Assembly (NCBI GenBank): GCA_043228905.1
Contig: JBHGNT010000020.1
Coordinates: forward strand, 7,130,001-7,194,000
Direction: 5' to 3'
From: Azolla caroliniana
Taxonomy: Eukaryota; Plantae; Polypodiophyta
DNA length: 64,000 nt
Part shown: one piece after another, positions 46,263-60,425 of the stretch
Numbering within the stretch: the stretch's first letter is position 1
Layout: each line of letters opens with the position of its first letter
Notes under the pieces: generated by a model
Databases searched by the model: none
What the model was told of the DNA's origin: nothing
What the model saw: only the letters and a program-made list of their open reading frames with translations
Translations under genes and position numbers: made by a program

Positions 46263-49200
46263 ATGAGAATTTGTTCTTGGAATGTGCAAGGACTTGGTGG
46301 GTCTCAACATCAGCTAGAGAAGCATCGGTTTAGGAGAGAATGGGAAGCTGATGGCCTTTGTAAAACGATTCATATTTTTCTCTTACAAGAGCATCACCTT
46401 GGCCGAGAAAGAAAGGAACTTTTCAAAGACCCGTTGCCAGGGGATTGGTACACATGGTGGGCTCTTGCTCACGGCATGTTAGAAAGGAGAGGTGGAGTGT
46501 GTATTTTGGTGAGGAAATCAGCGGATATCACCACCTTTGATCATGGCATATTGATCGAAGGTAGGGCCATGTTCTACTACTTGGAATAAAGGAATGTAAA
46601 ATTTGGGGTGCTGAATGTCTACGCACCTAACATTAGCAATGAGAGGACCTCATTTTGGAGACTATTGGCAAACAAAATTCCCTCCTTCGACAATTGGATA
46701 GTGGCGGGGGATTTTAACATCACAGAGAGAATGGAAGATTGTCTTGGGGCTCATTCGAACTTGCTACAAGGGGAGGAGCTTAGAGCGTGGGGTTTCTTAA
46801 TTTCTATGTTGGGAATCCGGGATTCATGGTACTCTAGTATGGCGGTTGAGGTGAATTCCTTGAGGTTCTCACGATGTGGCTGGAAGGAGAGTGAAGGATG
46901 TCACTCTAGATTGGACCACATCTATGTGAGCCCTGGGATAGAGGAATGGGGTGGCTACTCATCCATTCTAGTTGGTTTTACATATTCGGATCACCTTCCA
47001 GTATCCTTGACTCTTGAACCTATTTATACGAAGAAGAGTGAGAGCAACTTGAGGATTCCTCCGAAGATTTTTGGTATCCAGAAGGTTAAGGATGCAATGA
47101 ATACCATTTGGATGACATCCCCATCAGCCCACGACCCGATACAGGTACTGGAGGAAAAGATTATTAATTCTTCTTTGTTTCTTTAGAAAGTGGCTAGGGA
47201 GGAGCTGGTAAGGTGTCAATACCGTCTGCAATGCCTAAGGAAGGCAGTCATCTCAGCTCAAAAGCTCACGCAAGTGGACCCATGTTGTGCTTGGGCGAAA
47301 GACATGCTGCAGGAGGCCACTAGGTTGCTGCAGGAGGTTAGACAACAACGTGAGCAATTCCTCTTCAGAAAGTCGGTAGCATGGTGGGCTGTCAAGGGTG
47401 ATAAAGTTAACATGCAGTTTTTTCTTACCAGGACTCCGAAAAGGAGGGTAATACATATTCATAGTCTCAAATAGGAGGATGACTCAATGACGTTTGATCA
47501 AGAGGAAATCTTGCAAATTGCGACTAATTACTATAGAGACCTCTTAGCTCCTACGTTGACAAACGACCCTCTGAGTAACTTGATGCATGATGTAATTACA
47601 TGCTTGAAGACCAGGATCGGAGAGGCAACTAAAGCGCAGTTGTCAAAAGCCATAGAGGAGGAAGAGATTGTAGCGGGGCTAGACAAGATACATAGTATGG
47701 CTTGTCCTGGTGCTAACGGTCTTCCCAAAGCCTTCTTCAAGGAGTTTTGGGAGCAAATTTTTCCAAGCTTGAAAGCTAGACTGCAAGAGATGTGGAGAAC
47801 GGGATGGATGCCGAGTAGCTTCAATGAAGGCTTGATCTACTTGATTCCGAAATCGGAGACTGCGTTGCACGAGATTAGACAATGGAGGCCCATTACAATT
47901 TTAAATCTAATTTATAAAAAATTTGCTAACATATTAGTGCAGAGAATCAAGCCCTTCCTAGGAGATATCATCCAGTCCAATCAAACCGGTTTCATGGAGC
48001 ATCGTTCTATTGTGGACAACGTGATTTTGTTTTGGGAGGTTGTTGCAACGGCGAAGGAGACCAATCAAAACTTAGCCTGTCTAATGCTCGACTTCGAGAA
48101 AGCCTATGATCGAGTGCAATGGTCTTTCTTGGAAGAAGTGATGAAGGTCATTGAGCTACCTTTGGAGTGGAGGTGTGCTGCCCAAGCCTTATATAGGAAT
48201 GGCTCAAGTAAGGTGTTGATTGCAGGGAGGAAAGGAGATCGAATCTTTCTAACTCGATCCATCAGGTAGGGTTGTCTTCTTGCCCCCTTTCTTTTCCTTT
48301 TTATTACTGAAGCAATGTCTGCCCTTTTTAACAGTCAAGGGGCAAATCTTCATGGTCTTTCAATCCCTAATTCAAGGAAGTTCCTGCTGGATTCGGAGTT
48401 CGCGGACGATACGATGCTATACCTCCAAGGAAATGAAGCGAATCTTGAGAGGGCACAGAGTGCTATATGAGCTCTTTTGCAAGGCATCGGGAGCGTCCAT
48501 CAATTGGAAGAAGTCCAAGGGTTTTTGGATCAGCTTGGAGTCCGAGCCTGTTTGGAAGCCAAATGCTGAATTCAAATGGATTGCAAATGGGGAAGCCACT
48601 AGGTATCTAGGAACGTGGATTAGGGTAGATATCGACAAAGGAATTCAGTTGCAACAAATTCAAAGCAAAATCTGTGACAAATTCGCAACTGGTCAGGGAT
48701 GAACTTATCATTGGCTGGCAGGATCATAGTAGCTAACCATGTGCTCTTGTCTACGTTATGGCACGCAGTTTCAGTGTGGATGTTTGACAAGCAAGCTATT
48801 CGTAATGTTAAAGCGTGTATTAGGGGATTCCTTTGGGCTGGGATGAGGAAAGACAACACGGCAGCCAAAGTATCATGGTCTACGTTTGTTCTTCCCAAGA
48901 GTAAGGGGGGTTTAGGATTGATTGACCCTGCATTGCAGAGTCAGGCATTGCTATGTAAGGTACTGGTAAGGAACTTGTTACCTGGTAACGAGTTATGGAA
49001 AACATTGATACATAATAGGAGCATTGTTTGGAGTCCAAGGCTGGGTGGGCAATGGAAGTCACACAAAGCATGGCCTTTTTGTATGGACTTAAAGTTGAGG
49101 AAATCTAACCGATTGGCTGATCGTACTTGTATGTCAGTGCTGCAGGCGTGGAGTATGCTTCGTGGGCATCTAAGTTGGATTCGTCCAAGTACTAGTGCTG

Positions 49201-50486
49201 AATGGATGCGCCAACCCCTACTGTGGAACGAGATCGTACAATCGGTAGAAGGAACGATGCTTGGACAAAGCAAGCCCATGCCGTGGGCTACATTGTATTG
49301 TCTAGGGATACACTCGGTGGTTGATTGGATGCGGCTGTTCGGCAATAATCGTGATCAATTATATGAAGACTTGGGAAAGGTTAGAAATGGCAGAAAGATG
49401 CTTGACGTAGTCAATACAGCTATCTCCTCACTTCCTATTGGTAATGAGGAAGAGGGTGAATGGTCCGGACAATGTGATGATACCGGAAAAATTATCAATG
49501 TCAAGGGTCTAGGAAAGAATGGGAAGACTGTCCAGATGGGCTTATTAGATGAAAGTGTAGGCTAGTACCCGATTAGAATTGTGGCAAGAGCCGGAAAGAA
49601 ATGGAAGGGGAATCCAACAGTCGAAGAGGTTGCGGAGGACTGGATCTTGTATGTGGTTGAAGGGAAGCCTCTCGAGTGCGTAGAATGGGATCCCGCTGAA
49701 TATACGTGGAAAGGAGAACAAGATAAATCATTAGGTTTCTTCGAATACTTGATGCGGTTGGGGAGAAAGTTAGGTTCGTATCATGAGAAGTGTGCCAACA
49801 AGTTGTCCCATGCAGCTATCGATTCAGCCTTCGTGGATAGAACCAGGAGCAGGATATGGAACTCATCCCTTCCAACGAGAGAGTGGCTTGGGAATAGAGG
49901 CGGCATGAGTGGTTGCAAGGCCTGTAGTGCGATCTTGGAGGACATCGCTCATTGTTTGTGGTGCTGCCCTCGAGCGCAAGAAATTTGGTTGAGGAGCTTA
50001 AGAATCTTGGCTCGGTTCGGGGTTGAGGTTCATGTATTGAGTGCAGCAATCACTTGGCTGGCCATTGAATCGGCCTCGTGGTTTCAAGGGTGGAATGGAA
50101 ACAATCCTTCTTTAAAGGTGATGCAAGGATCTGTGCAACCAGCGCAAGTAGGTTTATTCTTCTTACAGGAGCGTTGTGTGGACATATGGGTATTAGTGGT
50201 CGGCCTTACAGTCTGGCAAGTGTGGGTATCTAGGTGCAAGGAGACTTTCGCAGGTAAACAAACCCCACCGGCTGAGAATTTAATGATGATTTGGTTCAAT
50301 CTTATTTCTACGTTGCGAGGTGAATTTGAAAGTCTTCAAGGGCCATCTGACGCAAGTGAAGAAGCTAGAGCTCGTTTCTTGCTGAAATGTAGCGGTTCGT
50401 CGATGCTGCAGATAATGGATGGTAAAGTGAAGTGGAATTATCAACCACCACGGTGGCTGTTCCCTCCAAGTGTACCTAATATCTAA
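46263..50486 (+). pseudogene. LINE ORF2 (AP endonuclease, RT, zinc finger)
   Basis: ICSWNVQGLG, LQEHH, NVYAP, GDFN, SRLDHIY, SDHLP, WRPITILN, LDFEKAYDRV, FADD, CKAC..EDIAHCLWCC. Contains stops and frameshifts. Confidence 0.92.
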
Positions 50487-53334
50487 ATGGGTGTTGCCAT
50501 GAGGAGTGAATGGAGGACATCTATGCTGAATTCTGTTTGTATGAGGCTCACGTGGAGAATATGCGTTCAAGTAATGCTATACACATCAAATGATGTGGTG
50601 CTTTGGAGTTGTTTTTTGTTGTTGTTTCATCTACACATATTGTTTTCCTCCGACATGCAAGATGTCTTGTAAGATATGAGTTGTAAATTATCCTTTGTAC
50701 ATTGCTTAACTAATGGAAGTAGTTTTTTATTTGGAAATAAACTTACCACTAAGCCAAGTCGTTTCCTTGGGAATGTTTTTCCTACCATTATAGTTTCACA
50801 TGTAAATTCTCATATTAGAGCTTGAATGAGTGACATGGTTATCATGCATCACATGTAATGCATAAGTGCCAAATGGCAAACATGCATCACATGCATTCCA
50901 TGCATTGTATGCATGTCTTGTACCCTCACATGCATCATATGCATGGGGGCGTCTATAAAAGAGTGGATGAAAAAGATCAATGGGGAGCTATGTATGAATC
51001 AAGAATTTAATAAGAAGAAAATTCGTTATACAATTGATGATATATCTTGTGCTTCAAATCTAAAGTCAAGACTTCAATCTTAATCTCTCTCAATCTAAAG
51101 TCAAGCATTCTATCTTATCTCAATCTCTCTCTCTTTCAATCAATCTTAAATACTTTCTCGCTAAAGCTAGCACAAACTTCGAATCCTTCCGGTCTAGAAC
51201 CCCGGCGGTTTCGCCTCACGATCCACATGTAGTGACGGATCTTCATGATAGTGGAGTGGAACCGAAAAAGTGTCGGTAAATTACAACAATCCAATCTCCA
51301 AACCGACCATAATGGATGAATAGAGGTCATCAATAAAAGTAATAATTTAGGGTCAGGAAGTCACCTGCACTATTGTCGACGACGGATCAAGAGTAAATGT
51401 GATAAATAAGATCACATGTGATCGGCTCGAAATTACCAAATGGGATGCATGTCGTTTTTGGTTAAGAATGGCTAACACAAGTACAGTTCGACCGTTGGGA
51501 TTAATTCATAAATTAGATGTCATTATAGCACGTCACACTTTTCAAATCTCAGTAGTAGTACTTCATTTAGAGGCACCAAGTGCATATCCATTATTATTGG
51601 GCAGACCTTGGCTAAAAACAACAAATATTAAATAGAATTGGAACAAGAACATCTTAACATTCCAAAAGGAAAAAAATAAAATTCAGGTATCAACACAGGA
51701 AAAGGTCAGCACCATTCGACAATGTTTCCTAGTTCATGCAGAAGTAGTAAATATGATGGAAGGTTTGGATGAGGCTAAAGAAGACCGATATTTTGAAGAC
51801 AACCTGAAGACCATTCCACTATTCGAAGTAGACATCTTACAGACACTTACTCCTTATATGGGGAAAGAGAATAAAGAAGGAGAAGTTTATGTGGATGACA
51901 AAACATTCAAGGAATTATGACAACAACAGGAAGCCACGGAAAGGGAGATGTAGGTGTCCCAAAGAGTTCAAGCATCGACGCCCGAAGAATTAAACTTAGC
52001 TGACGCCGATGTTGAGCCAAAGACCATTTTAATAACTAAAGAAATGGAGTTGGTGGATAAAGCGAAGATGACTGTTCTACTATGTCAATATAAAGATGTG
52101 TTTGCAACACTTTTGCGTTCACAAATGGAAGGATAAAGAATATTTTGTCTGATTTTGGGGCTTTTTTGGCCATTTCACAAAACACCTTTTGGTAAAATTG
52201 AAAAATGTCAAATTTTGGCCAAATACGAAAAGTAACTTTGTGCTTTTTAAAGGAGAAATTACAAGTAGTAGTATTTTAGATCCTAACGAAATCATAAGCG
52301 AAAGATTTCAAAACAATCAAGTTTTTTATTTCATTCGATAAAATGTTGTCTAAATTTCTTACATATCGTTGCATAGAAAATACATTTACGAGTTATTTGC
52401 ATCACTATAATCATTCCTTTCATGAGAATCACCACTATAACTAATATACAATTGTGACTCTTCCTCCTCATTTTCAAATGTACCAATCAAATCATTGTCT
52501 TCACTAAATGGTGTCTCCAAATTGTTTGCACTAAACCTTGTTCGCCTTCAATCAGAGATATCTTCTAGTCTTGGTAATATCTTTTTTATTATGTCTATCG
52601 TTGTCATCCTTCAACATCCAACTTTTGTTAGTGTAAAGTCATACACAATGATATCCACCTCACTAATGTCAATGATAGATGTATTACAAAAGTTTAATGC
52701 ATCACCATGTCCAAAACTTTACCAATGCAGAATTGGTGCCCTAGGTCATGGCCATCTACATGTGTAACTATTAATAGTCCACCTTGAGTTCTTGCAAGTT
52801 TCCTTGTCACTTGAGTTATGCTCGTGTTGTCATCCTTAGTTCCACATAAATGTTTCTTTGTTGTAGATGAACCAAACTATGAAGATCAACATTAAGTGAA
52901 GTGGTGATTAAGAACCACGAGAATATTTTATAGACCACGTAGATGGCATTTGCAAGGTTCAATTACCATCAACACAATTATTAATGGTTTTTTGTTAATC
53001 AATGAAGCACATGTTCACCATAATGTGTCTTGTGTCTTGTTGTGCAACATACTTCTTTGTAGTATCAATATGCGTCTTTTTCTCTTGTAAAAACATTAAT
53101 TTTAGTACAATTCGAGTTCCTATAAACCCTAAACCTCTTTTATTTGAAAAAACAAGAAGATTTCTAAACATGAACTCCATACATTCTATTGAGTTGATTT
53201 AAAAAACAGAGTTTTGATCACAATTACATAGAATGTATCAAATTCATGTTCAAAGTTTTTTCTCGGATTTAAAAAAATAAAAAAATTGAGCTTGAGGTCA
53301 TGAAAAAACTAGTTTTTTCACCAGAATTCAATAT

Positions 53335-54133
53335 TAGTAATGGGTCTGGTTTGGTTTCGGTTCGATTCAGTTTCTTGACCTTGAAACCAAACCAAACCAT
53401 TTATTAATAATAAAAACCGAACCAAACTATTTTAAAATTTATGAAGCCATTTAAACCGAACCGTTTAGAGTCGAAACATTAAACCAAACCATTTAAAGAA
53501 TAGGAGAAACCAAACCGTTTACGAAAAATTTAAAACCAAACCAAACCGGTTTATCATAAATCAAAACCAAAGCAAAGCAAACCATTCTTTATTGATATTA
53601 ATTATCATACTTATTATACATTTATGTGAGAAAATCATCATAAATTTATTCATCATACTCATCATAAATTTTGTCATCATACTTATCATAAAAATTGTCA
53701 TCATACTTATCATAAATTTGGTCATCATACTGATCATAAATTGGATCACTATACTTATCATAAATTTGATCATCATAATTATCATAATTGATCATCATAA
53801 ATGGAAAAGAGACTCTACATATAATACATATAAAATTTAATAAGTTAAAACAAGAGTTTAAAATTAAAAGTTGAAAGTTAGAGCCTATACAGAATATTTT
53901 TGAGTATTTTTTAACCTATAAACCTATAAACCTATAAATCTTTAAAATGAACCACATAAACAGAAACCGATAAGCTCGATAAACCGATAAACGGGTAAAT
54001 TCAAAAGCGAACAGAAACCGATTAGTAACATTTGAAACCAAACCAAACCGTTTATTTATCTTTGAACCTATAAATCGTTAAGCCACGGTTTTTCGGTTCG
54101 ATTCAGTTTGAGCCGAAACCAGGCCCATTGCTA
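53335..54133. mobile_element. hAT-type MITE nested in the foldback element
   Basis: TIRs TAGTAATGGG / CCCATTGCTA; 8-bp TSD TTCAATAT / TTCAATAC; subterminal AAACC(G) repeats. Confidence 0.85.
53600..53800. repeat. 24-bp minisatellite (atcatacttatcataaatttngtc)
   Basis: About 7-8 visible copies. Confidence 0.85.
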
Positions 54134-57100
54134 TTCAATACAATGTATAGAGTTCATGTTTAAAGTAATTATTTAAAAAGTTTTAAAATTGTTTTCAATG
54201 TTGTTTGGGAAACAAAAAAACTTTAAACATGAATTCGATACATTGTATCGACTTTTGATGAAAACTCTAGTTTTATCATCACTTCAATTAGAAAAAAATA
54301 AAACAAAAAGACCCAAAATAAATAGAAAAAAATACAAAAAGAAAAAAACATGAACTCGTTACATTGTATCGAGTTCGTGTCCAAAAGTCAGATTTTCAAC
54401 ACGAACTCGAATGTGACATCTGACTTTTCAACATGTGTTGAAAAAATCAGCTTTTTGACATGAACTCGATACATTGTATCGAATCCATGTTAAAAAGTCA
54501 ACTTTTCGAAAATATCTTTTCAAGACCAACTCGATACATTATATCAAGTTCATGTTTTAAGTTTCTTTTGGGGGTTTTAAAAAAAAACAAATTTGGTTTT
54601 TTTTCTATTTATTTTGGGTTTTTTTGGTTTAAAAAAAAAAACTATTTAAGTGATGAAAAAACCAAAGTTTTCATCAAAACTCGATACTATGTATCGAATT
54701 CATGTTTAAAGTTTTTTTTTTCCAAAAAAAAAATCAAATTTTTTTGAAACAATTTACTTTAAACATGAACTAGGTACATTGTACTGAATTGTGGCGAAAA
54801 ATCTAGTTTTGTCATCAAGTCAAGTTCAATTTTTTATTTTTTAAAGTTGAAAAAAAAAACTTTGAACATGAATTTGATACGTTGTAAGGAATTGTGATGA
54901 AAACTCTGTTTTTTACATCAACTCAATACAATGTATGGAGTTCATGTTTAGACATCTTCTTCTTTTTCATGAACTCAATACAATGTATGGAGTTCATGTT
55001 TACATGAACTCAAATTGTACTAAAATCTCTATTTTGACAAGAGTAAAAGATTCATATCGATGTTGTAAAGAAGTATGTTACACAACAAGAAACCTTATGG
55101 TGAACATGTGCTTCCTTAATTAACAAAAACCATTAATAATTGCGTTGATGGTAATTGAACCTTGCAAATGTCATTTACTTCACAAATTTTGTAGGGGAGC
55201 TCTCAAAATGAAGAAGAGGAGAGCATTGTGGATACCTTGATAAGTATGTCATATGTTCAATTTGATATATTAATGTTTACATCTAAGTTTGGCACTTTTG
55301 ACAGTTTATGAATATCATCTTCATTTTAGGAGTTATGGATTTATCAAAATTGTTTATGAATATTGTATACATTTCTTTAGTTGTGAATTTATGGATGTTA
55401 ATGAGCTCTAAATTTATAGATAATGGCATTAATGATTACAACGTTAGCTCTTATACTTAAAACATTTTCAAGTCTAACAATAGATGTAACTTCGACTTCT
55501 GGAACCTACATCTTCTCAAGACGGTGAAACCATTAATCTTAACTTGTGCCTTAAGTTAACCATAGTGATTTTCTTTAGGTTAACTACATTTCATATATGC
55601 AAACCATCAATGTTTAAACATTTATTGAAAAACCATTCAATTTTAGAAATTATCATTTTGAAACTTGTTAAATATCAAAAAATTAACAAATTTTACATGC
55701 TATTTAAAACATGTGATATTGGTGTATCAGGTTTCTGAAAATCGCCTAAAATCACAAGATTATAAAAGGAATCTATAAGTGGAATGCACGACCCTTCCAC
55801 TTGTGAACGCGAACGAGAAGACATGACGGGATTAGATCCAACATTTTGTCAGCATCAGATAAATTTACATAAAGATGTGAAGCGGATACAACAACGTCGA
55901 TACCGACTAAATCCGAACTATGCTCTGAAAATCAAGGAAGAAATCAACAAACTCCTTAGAGTCAGTTTTATTCGACCAGTAAAAAAGGAAACTTGGTTAA
56001 GTCCAATTGTAGTCGTACCCAAGAAAAATGGAAAGATCCGGGTATCTGTCGACTATAGGAAGCTTAATGCAGCCACAATAACATATGCATTTCCGTTACC
56101 ATTTACGGATGGGGTTTTAGATGTGGTGGCAGGTCATAAAATTTACAGCTCTTTGGATGGCTTTATTGGCTACAATCAAGTTTGAATGCATCTAGAAGAT
56201 CAGGAAAAGACAACCTTTGTAACGGAATGGGGAGTGTTTGTCACAGTCATAATGATGGTCGGATTCAAAACAGCTCCGACGACATTTTAGAGAGTTATTC
56301 AGGAAATATTTTCTGATTATATTCTTGCATTTATGCAAGTATTCCTTGTATAGTAGAAAAGGCGATCATTTTAAATTTTACGACTGTGTCTAGAACGGTG
56401 TCAACAAGGTCGACTTAGTCTCAATCCTGCTAAATGTGCATTCGGAGTAACTAGTGGTACGTTGTTTAGCCATATCGTCAGTCGGGAAGGAATTGCAATC
56501 GATCTTGACAAGGTGAAGACGATACTAGAAGCCCCGACACCGACTAATGCTAAGGCTCTCAGTAGATTTTTGGGCCAAATTAGATGGCATAGTAGGATGA
56601 TTTGGTATCTCGCCGACGTGGCAACACCTTTACATACAATAGTACATAAAATGCCCTATGTTCAATGGACAAATGTAGAGCAAGATGCCTATGATTGCCT
56701 CAAGAAGATGCTCACTAAGGTACCAGTTGTACTACCTCCCGACTGGCAGAAGCCTTTTCATTTTTTTGTCGACGCATTTGATATCGGAATTGAAAGTTCA
56801 TTAATGCAGCTGATGCAAGCAAACTAGTACAAATCAGTGTACTACATGAGTCAGAAGCTTTCATTGGCTGAACGAAATTATTCAACAACTGAACACAAGG
56901 CTCTCAGGATGATATATAGTATCAACAAATTTCATCACTACTTGTTGGGTTGGAAATTCACATTTCATGTGGACCATTCAACATGATTATATTTAGTGTC
57001 CAAACAGGAGTTGACAGGAAAACAAGCCCGATGGACATTGTTGTTGCAAGAGTTCGAATTCGACATACTTCATTGGCCAGGGGTATAGCATGCGGTCGCC

Positions 57101-59419
57101 AACTATTTGAGTAAAATAGAATCGGGGGAGTCGGGTAGAGGAATCAAAGATGATTTTCCTGACGTTCAACTTTTTAGAGTCGACACCGTCACAACCACAG
57201 ACATGGATGAAGATCATGTAGATTTATGGATCACTGAAATGATGATTTTTCTGAGTACGGGACTACCACCAAAGGGCATGCCACTAGATGAAAGAAAAAG
57301 GTTAACAGTAAGAAGTCAGAACTTCTGTCTCTTGAATGACATATTATACCATAAAGGAGCCGTCGGCATATGGCAGCAAACGGTTCGACATTACGGGAAA
57401 GAAGCAGTTCTGTGTGAGGGCCATTATGTGGGAGAAACGACGGCAAGGAAAATTTGGAATAGCGGCTTGTGGTGCTCGACTATCTCAAAAGATGCAGTTG
57501 ACTGTTGTCGACAGTGCGATTTATGTCAATGGATTGGACCACCCACCGAAAAAGATAGGATTGCGCATCAACCGGTATTACCTTTGGAGCCATTTCAAAA
57601 ATGGGGTCTCGACTTTGTCAGACCTTTCAAACCAACAACTACACGTACCGGAAATAGCTATATTATAGTTGCCACCGACTATTGTACCAAGTGGGTTGAA
57701 GCCAAAGCACTAACACGACAACATCCATAGCCAAATTTCTCTATGAGTTCATATGGTGTCGATTCGGTTGCCCAATCGAACTGGTAAGTGATCAGGGTTC
57801 TCATTTTATAATATGCAGTAGTACATAAAAGGAGTACTCTATACTATCCTCAAGACAATGGATTGGCAAAATTAACAAATAAAACATTACAAATGTTTCT
57901 TAAGAAAATAGTGAATGAAAACATAATGGATTGGGACTAGAAGCTTCATAGTGCTTTATGGGCATATTGGACTTCGTACAAGACGGTTATCAAATCGACC
58001 TCGTTTTAGATGGCATTCGGACTAGAAGTTATCATGCTAGTCGAATTCCAAATCCCGACATTACGAGTTCAAATCACCGAAATATTAGATGAAGAATAGT
58101 CTGGATGAGTGAGGAAAGAACAATTGCTAGTATTGGAGGAAAGTAAACTTCAAGCCATGGGTGCCTCAGGACAAAAACAAAAACAAACAAAGGTGTTTGT
58201 GGACCGTCACTGAAAACAAAAGGAAAAGATGTTTGAAATCGGAAAACCAGTGTTGGTATTTCAAACAAAGATGGGTTCGATGCCAGGTAAACTTCGATTT
58301 TGGTGGACAGGACCATTTTGGATAATCAACAACATAAAATGGTACATATCAAGTCGGAACGTTGGCGGGAGAAATTCTGTCGAAATGGGTGAATGGATTT
58401 CGACTCAAGCCTTATCAAAGACCGATGCCGAAAAACCCATTTACTATCGGAGTCGATGCCAATAGGTTGCTGACCATGTAGTAACGTGGCATGGGGACTA
58501 AGTATAAGTAGAAAAATAAAAAATCGACCTTGGCAAATATATAACCGAAAAGATTCTTATTATCATGATTTCTTGACATTGTCCTTTTCAGACTATAAAT
58601 AGACAGGCTCACAAATCATTTAATATTCATTATACAAGTGTGGGGTTCCTTCTGGTCGCCAAAAACTATCGCGGCCCCACGCCTTGATAGCCCTCTTCAA
58701 AAATCCTCTTCGCCGTCATTGCCAAGGGTGTCACGATTGGAACGAACCCTCAAAAACTGGACGGAATGTCGACCATCCTAGCTCTTCACTCATGCATATA
58801 CCGAACCGTTGTACAACACCATAGTCTCTATTCCAGCTGTTGTGATGTAAAGTTTGCCGAGTATGACTGGGTTGAGTGGACAAGCTCAACTGGATCCAGA
58901 TCGGCTGAATAAGCTAGAGCCAGATTAGTATCCAGAACGGTGAATTGGATAGGTATCCAGAACCAAGAGCCGGATCGGATGGTAACCAGTACGCCGTTAG
59001 AGGTCTAGAATCTTGGCCGAGTACATAGGAAGATTCCTTGGAGTTAATGTCAGTTGCTCATATGAGCATTGAAGTACTTGTTAGTACTTCTGTCAGTCCT
59101 TTGAAGGACTTGTATAAAAAGTGTTATGTAGGACACTGTATGTACATAGTGTTAATATTTTGAATTGGTTTTTACTATTGTGCTCCCTCTCTCTCTGTCT
59201 CTCCCATGTACAATGTACTCTTAAGCTTCCATTAAACCTTCATCTCTATTTTATTGTTATTATGCGGCTGAGCCGGTTTGTTTACAAGCTTCCACACACT
59301 ATTCTTTATAGATTGGGCGAGAAGAAGACTCCTGCATGAAGAAGTGTTGGTCAATTTTGACGTCTCCGACCTCCACCCGAACATTCGGGCACACACAGTG
59401 AAGTTCTTTTGTTGCGTGG

Positions 59420-60354
59420 GTCGACATGCATGCATCCGACTTACCCTCTGACCATTCACTTCAAGTGGATGGTTGATCTAGTTACGATCCCAATGGGGGT
59501 AGGACAGATGAGGTACTTGGTGCTTGCAAGAGAGGGACTGACGAACAAGGTCGAAGGCAAAGCCTTAACAACCAAGACGATTGCGGCCGTATGACGGTTC
59601 CTGATTGAAGACGTAATTTGTCGGTGTGGGTGTGTCAGGAAGATAGTGGTTGTCCCAGGGGAGTTGGACGCGCAAGAAGTCGAGGTGTTGTTCGACCGAC
59701 TAAGGTTCAAGCTTTCCGTCAGGACGACATACAATCTGGAGGCAAATGGGAAGTTGGAAAGGGGACACGGACCAATCATCAAGGCGATAGTGGGAGCATG
59801 TGACGGATGGGTCGGCAACTGGCCGAGACTCCTACCGTATGCGCTATGGGCCGACCGAACTACGCACAGTTCAGTGACCGGATACAAGCCAACTGAACTC
59901 ATGTTCGAACAGAAGCCGATAATGTCGGTAGATTGGATGATTACATCGTGGATGGTAGTCGATTGGGCGAACGAGATGAGTCATAAGGAGCTACTGGCCG
60001 AGGCTGCTGGAGGATGTGGAATGAGCTAAGGCAAAGCTACAGGCAACGCGCGAGAAAAACAAAGAATGGTTCGACCAGATGCACTGACTCCGCCCGAAGA
60101 AGATCGAGGAAGACAACTGGGTGCTGGTCTACAAAGAAGTTGTTTGGGCCTTATGTTGTGACGAGCACCAACGAGAACACGACATAACATCTGGCTGGCC
60201 TCAATGGGACAAGGATCACAATGCCAATTGCGGGAAAGCGTATAAAGGACTTCAAGAAGCGGAACCGAATCCAGAGGTAGAGGTCAGAAGAGCCGACAAC
60301 GGCGAGGAGTCGGATGAGGACCGGATCGGCAACAGTTCGGGAGAGGACGAGTGA
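59420..60354 (+). pseudogene. Gypsy integrase fragment of another family
   Basis: FKWMVDLVTIPMG..YLVLAREGLTNKVEGKAL; TTYNLEANGKLERGH; WPRLLPYALWADRTT. Confidence 0.8.
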
Positions 60355-60425
60355 AGACTAAGTCGAAATACCTGCCGCCCCACTACTTGGGAGATACCAG
60401 AGGATGTGCGGTTTAGTGGGGTGGA

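Larger units (their letters stand above)
43895..50735 (+). mobile_element. Apparently full-length L1-type LINE (6.84 kb)
   Basis: 14-bp TSD AATAAACTTACCAC at 43881-43894 and 50736-50749; ORF1 and ORF2 present. The empty site is visible in the sister LTR at about 63560. Confidence 0.92.
43152..51250 (+). mobile_element. Solo LTR of about 1.25 kb, interrupted by a LINE
   Basis: Ends TGTCATGAAG...CTTCATGATA; flanks GCGG and GTGG; collinear with the LTR starting at 62854; TATA box at about 50954. Confidence 0.7.
52939..55178. mobile_element. Foldback, long-TIR MITE-like element (Mutator-like G...C ends)
   Basis: The arm at 52939-53334 is the inverted complement of about 54780-55178. Palindromic centre at about 54425-54445; internal catgaactc..atacattgtatcgagttcatg motifs. 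No clear TSD. Confidence 0.7.
52108..55817. mobile_element. Non-autonomous TIR DNA element inserted in gypsy pol
   Basis: Left CACTTTTGCGTTCACAAATGGAAGG versus right (reverse complement) CTCGTTCGCGTTCACAAGTGGAAGG. TSD unclear. Confidence 0.65.
51340..58465 (+). pseudogene. pol: Gypsy pol (PR-RT-RH-IN), decayed and split by a DNA element at about 52108-55817
   Basis: IVDDGSRVN...LLLGRPWL; KDVFA|EDMTGLDP; WLSPIVVVPKKNGKIRVSVDYRKLN; FVDAFDIG; [10 protein letters not shown]; KLRFWWTGPF. Confidence 0.88.

Noticed and set aside
53561-53840. Met/Ile-rich hydrophobic ORFs
   Set aside because: Products of the 24-bp minisatellite in a MITE.
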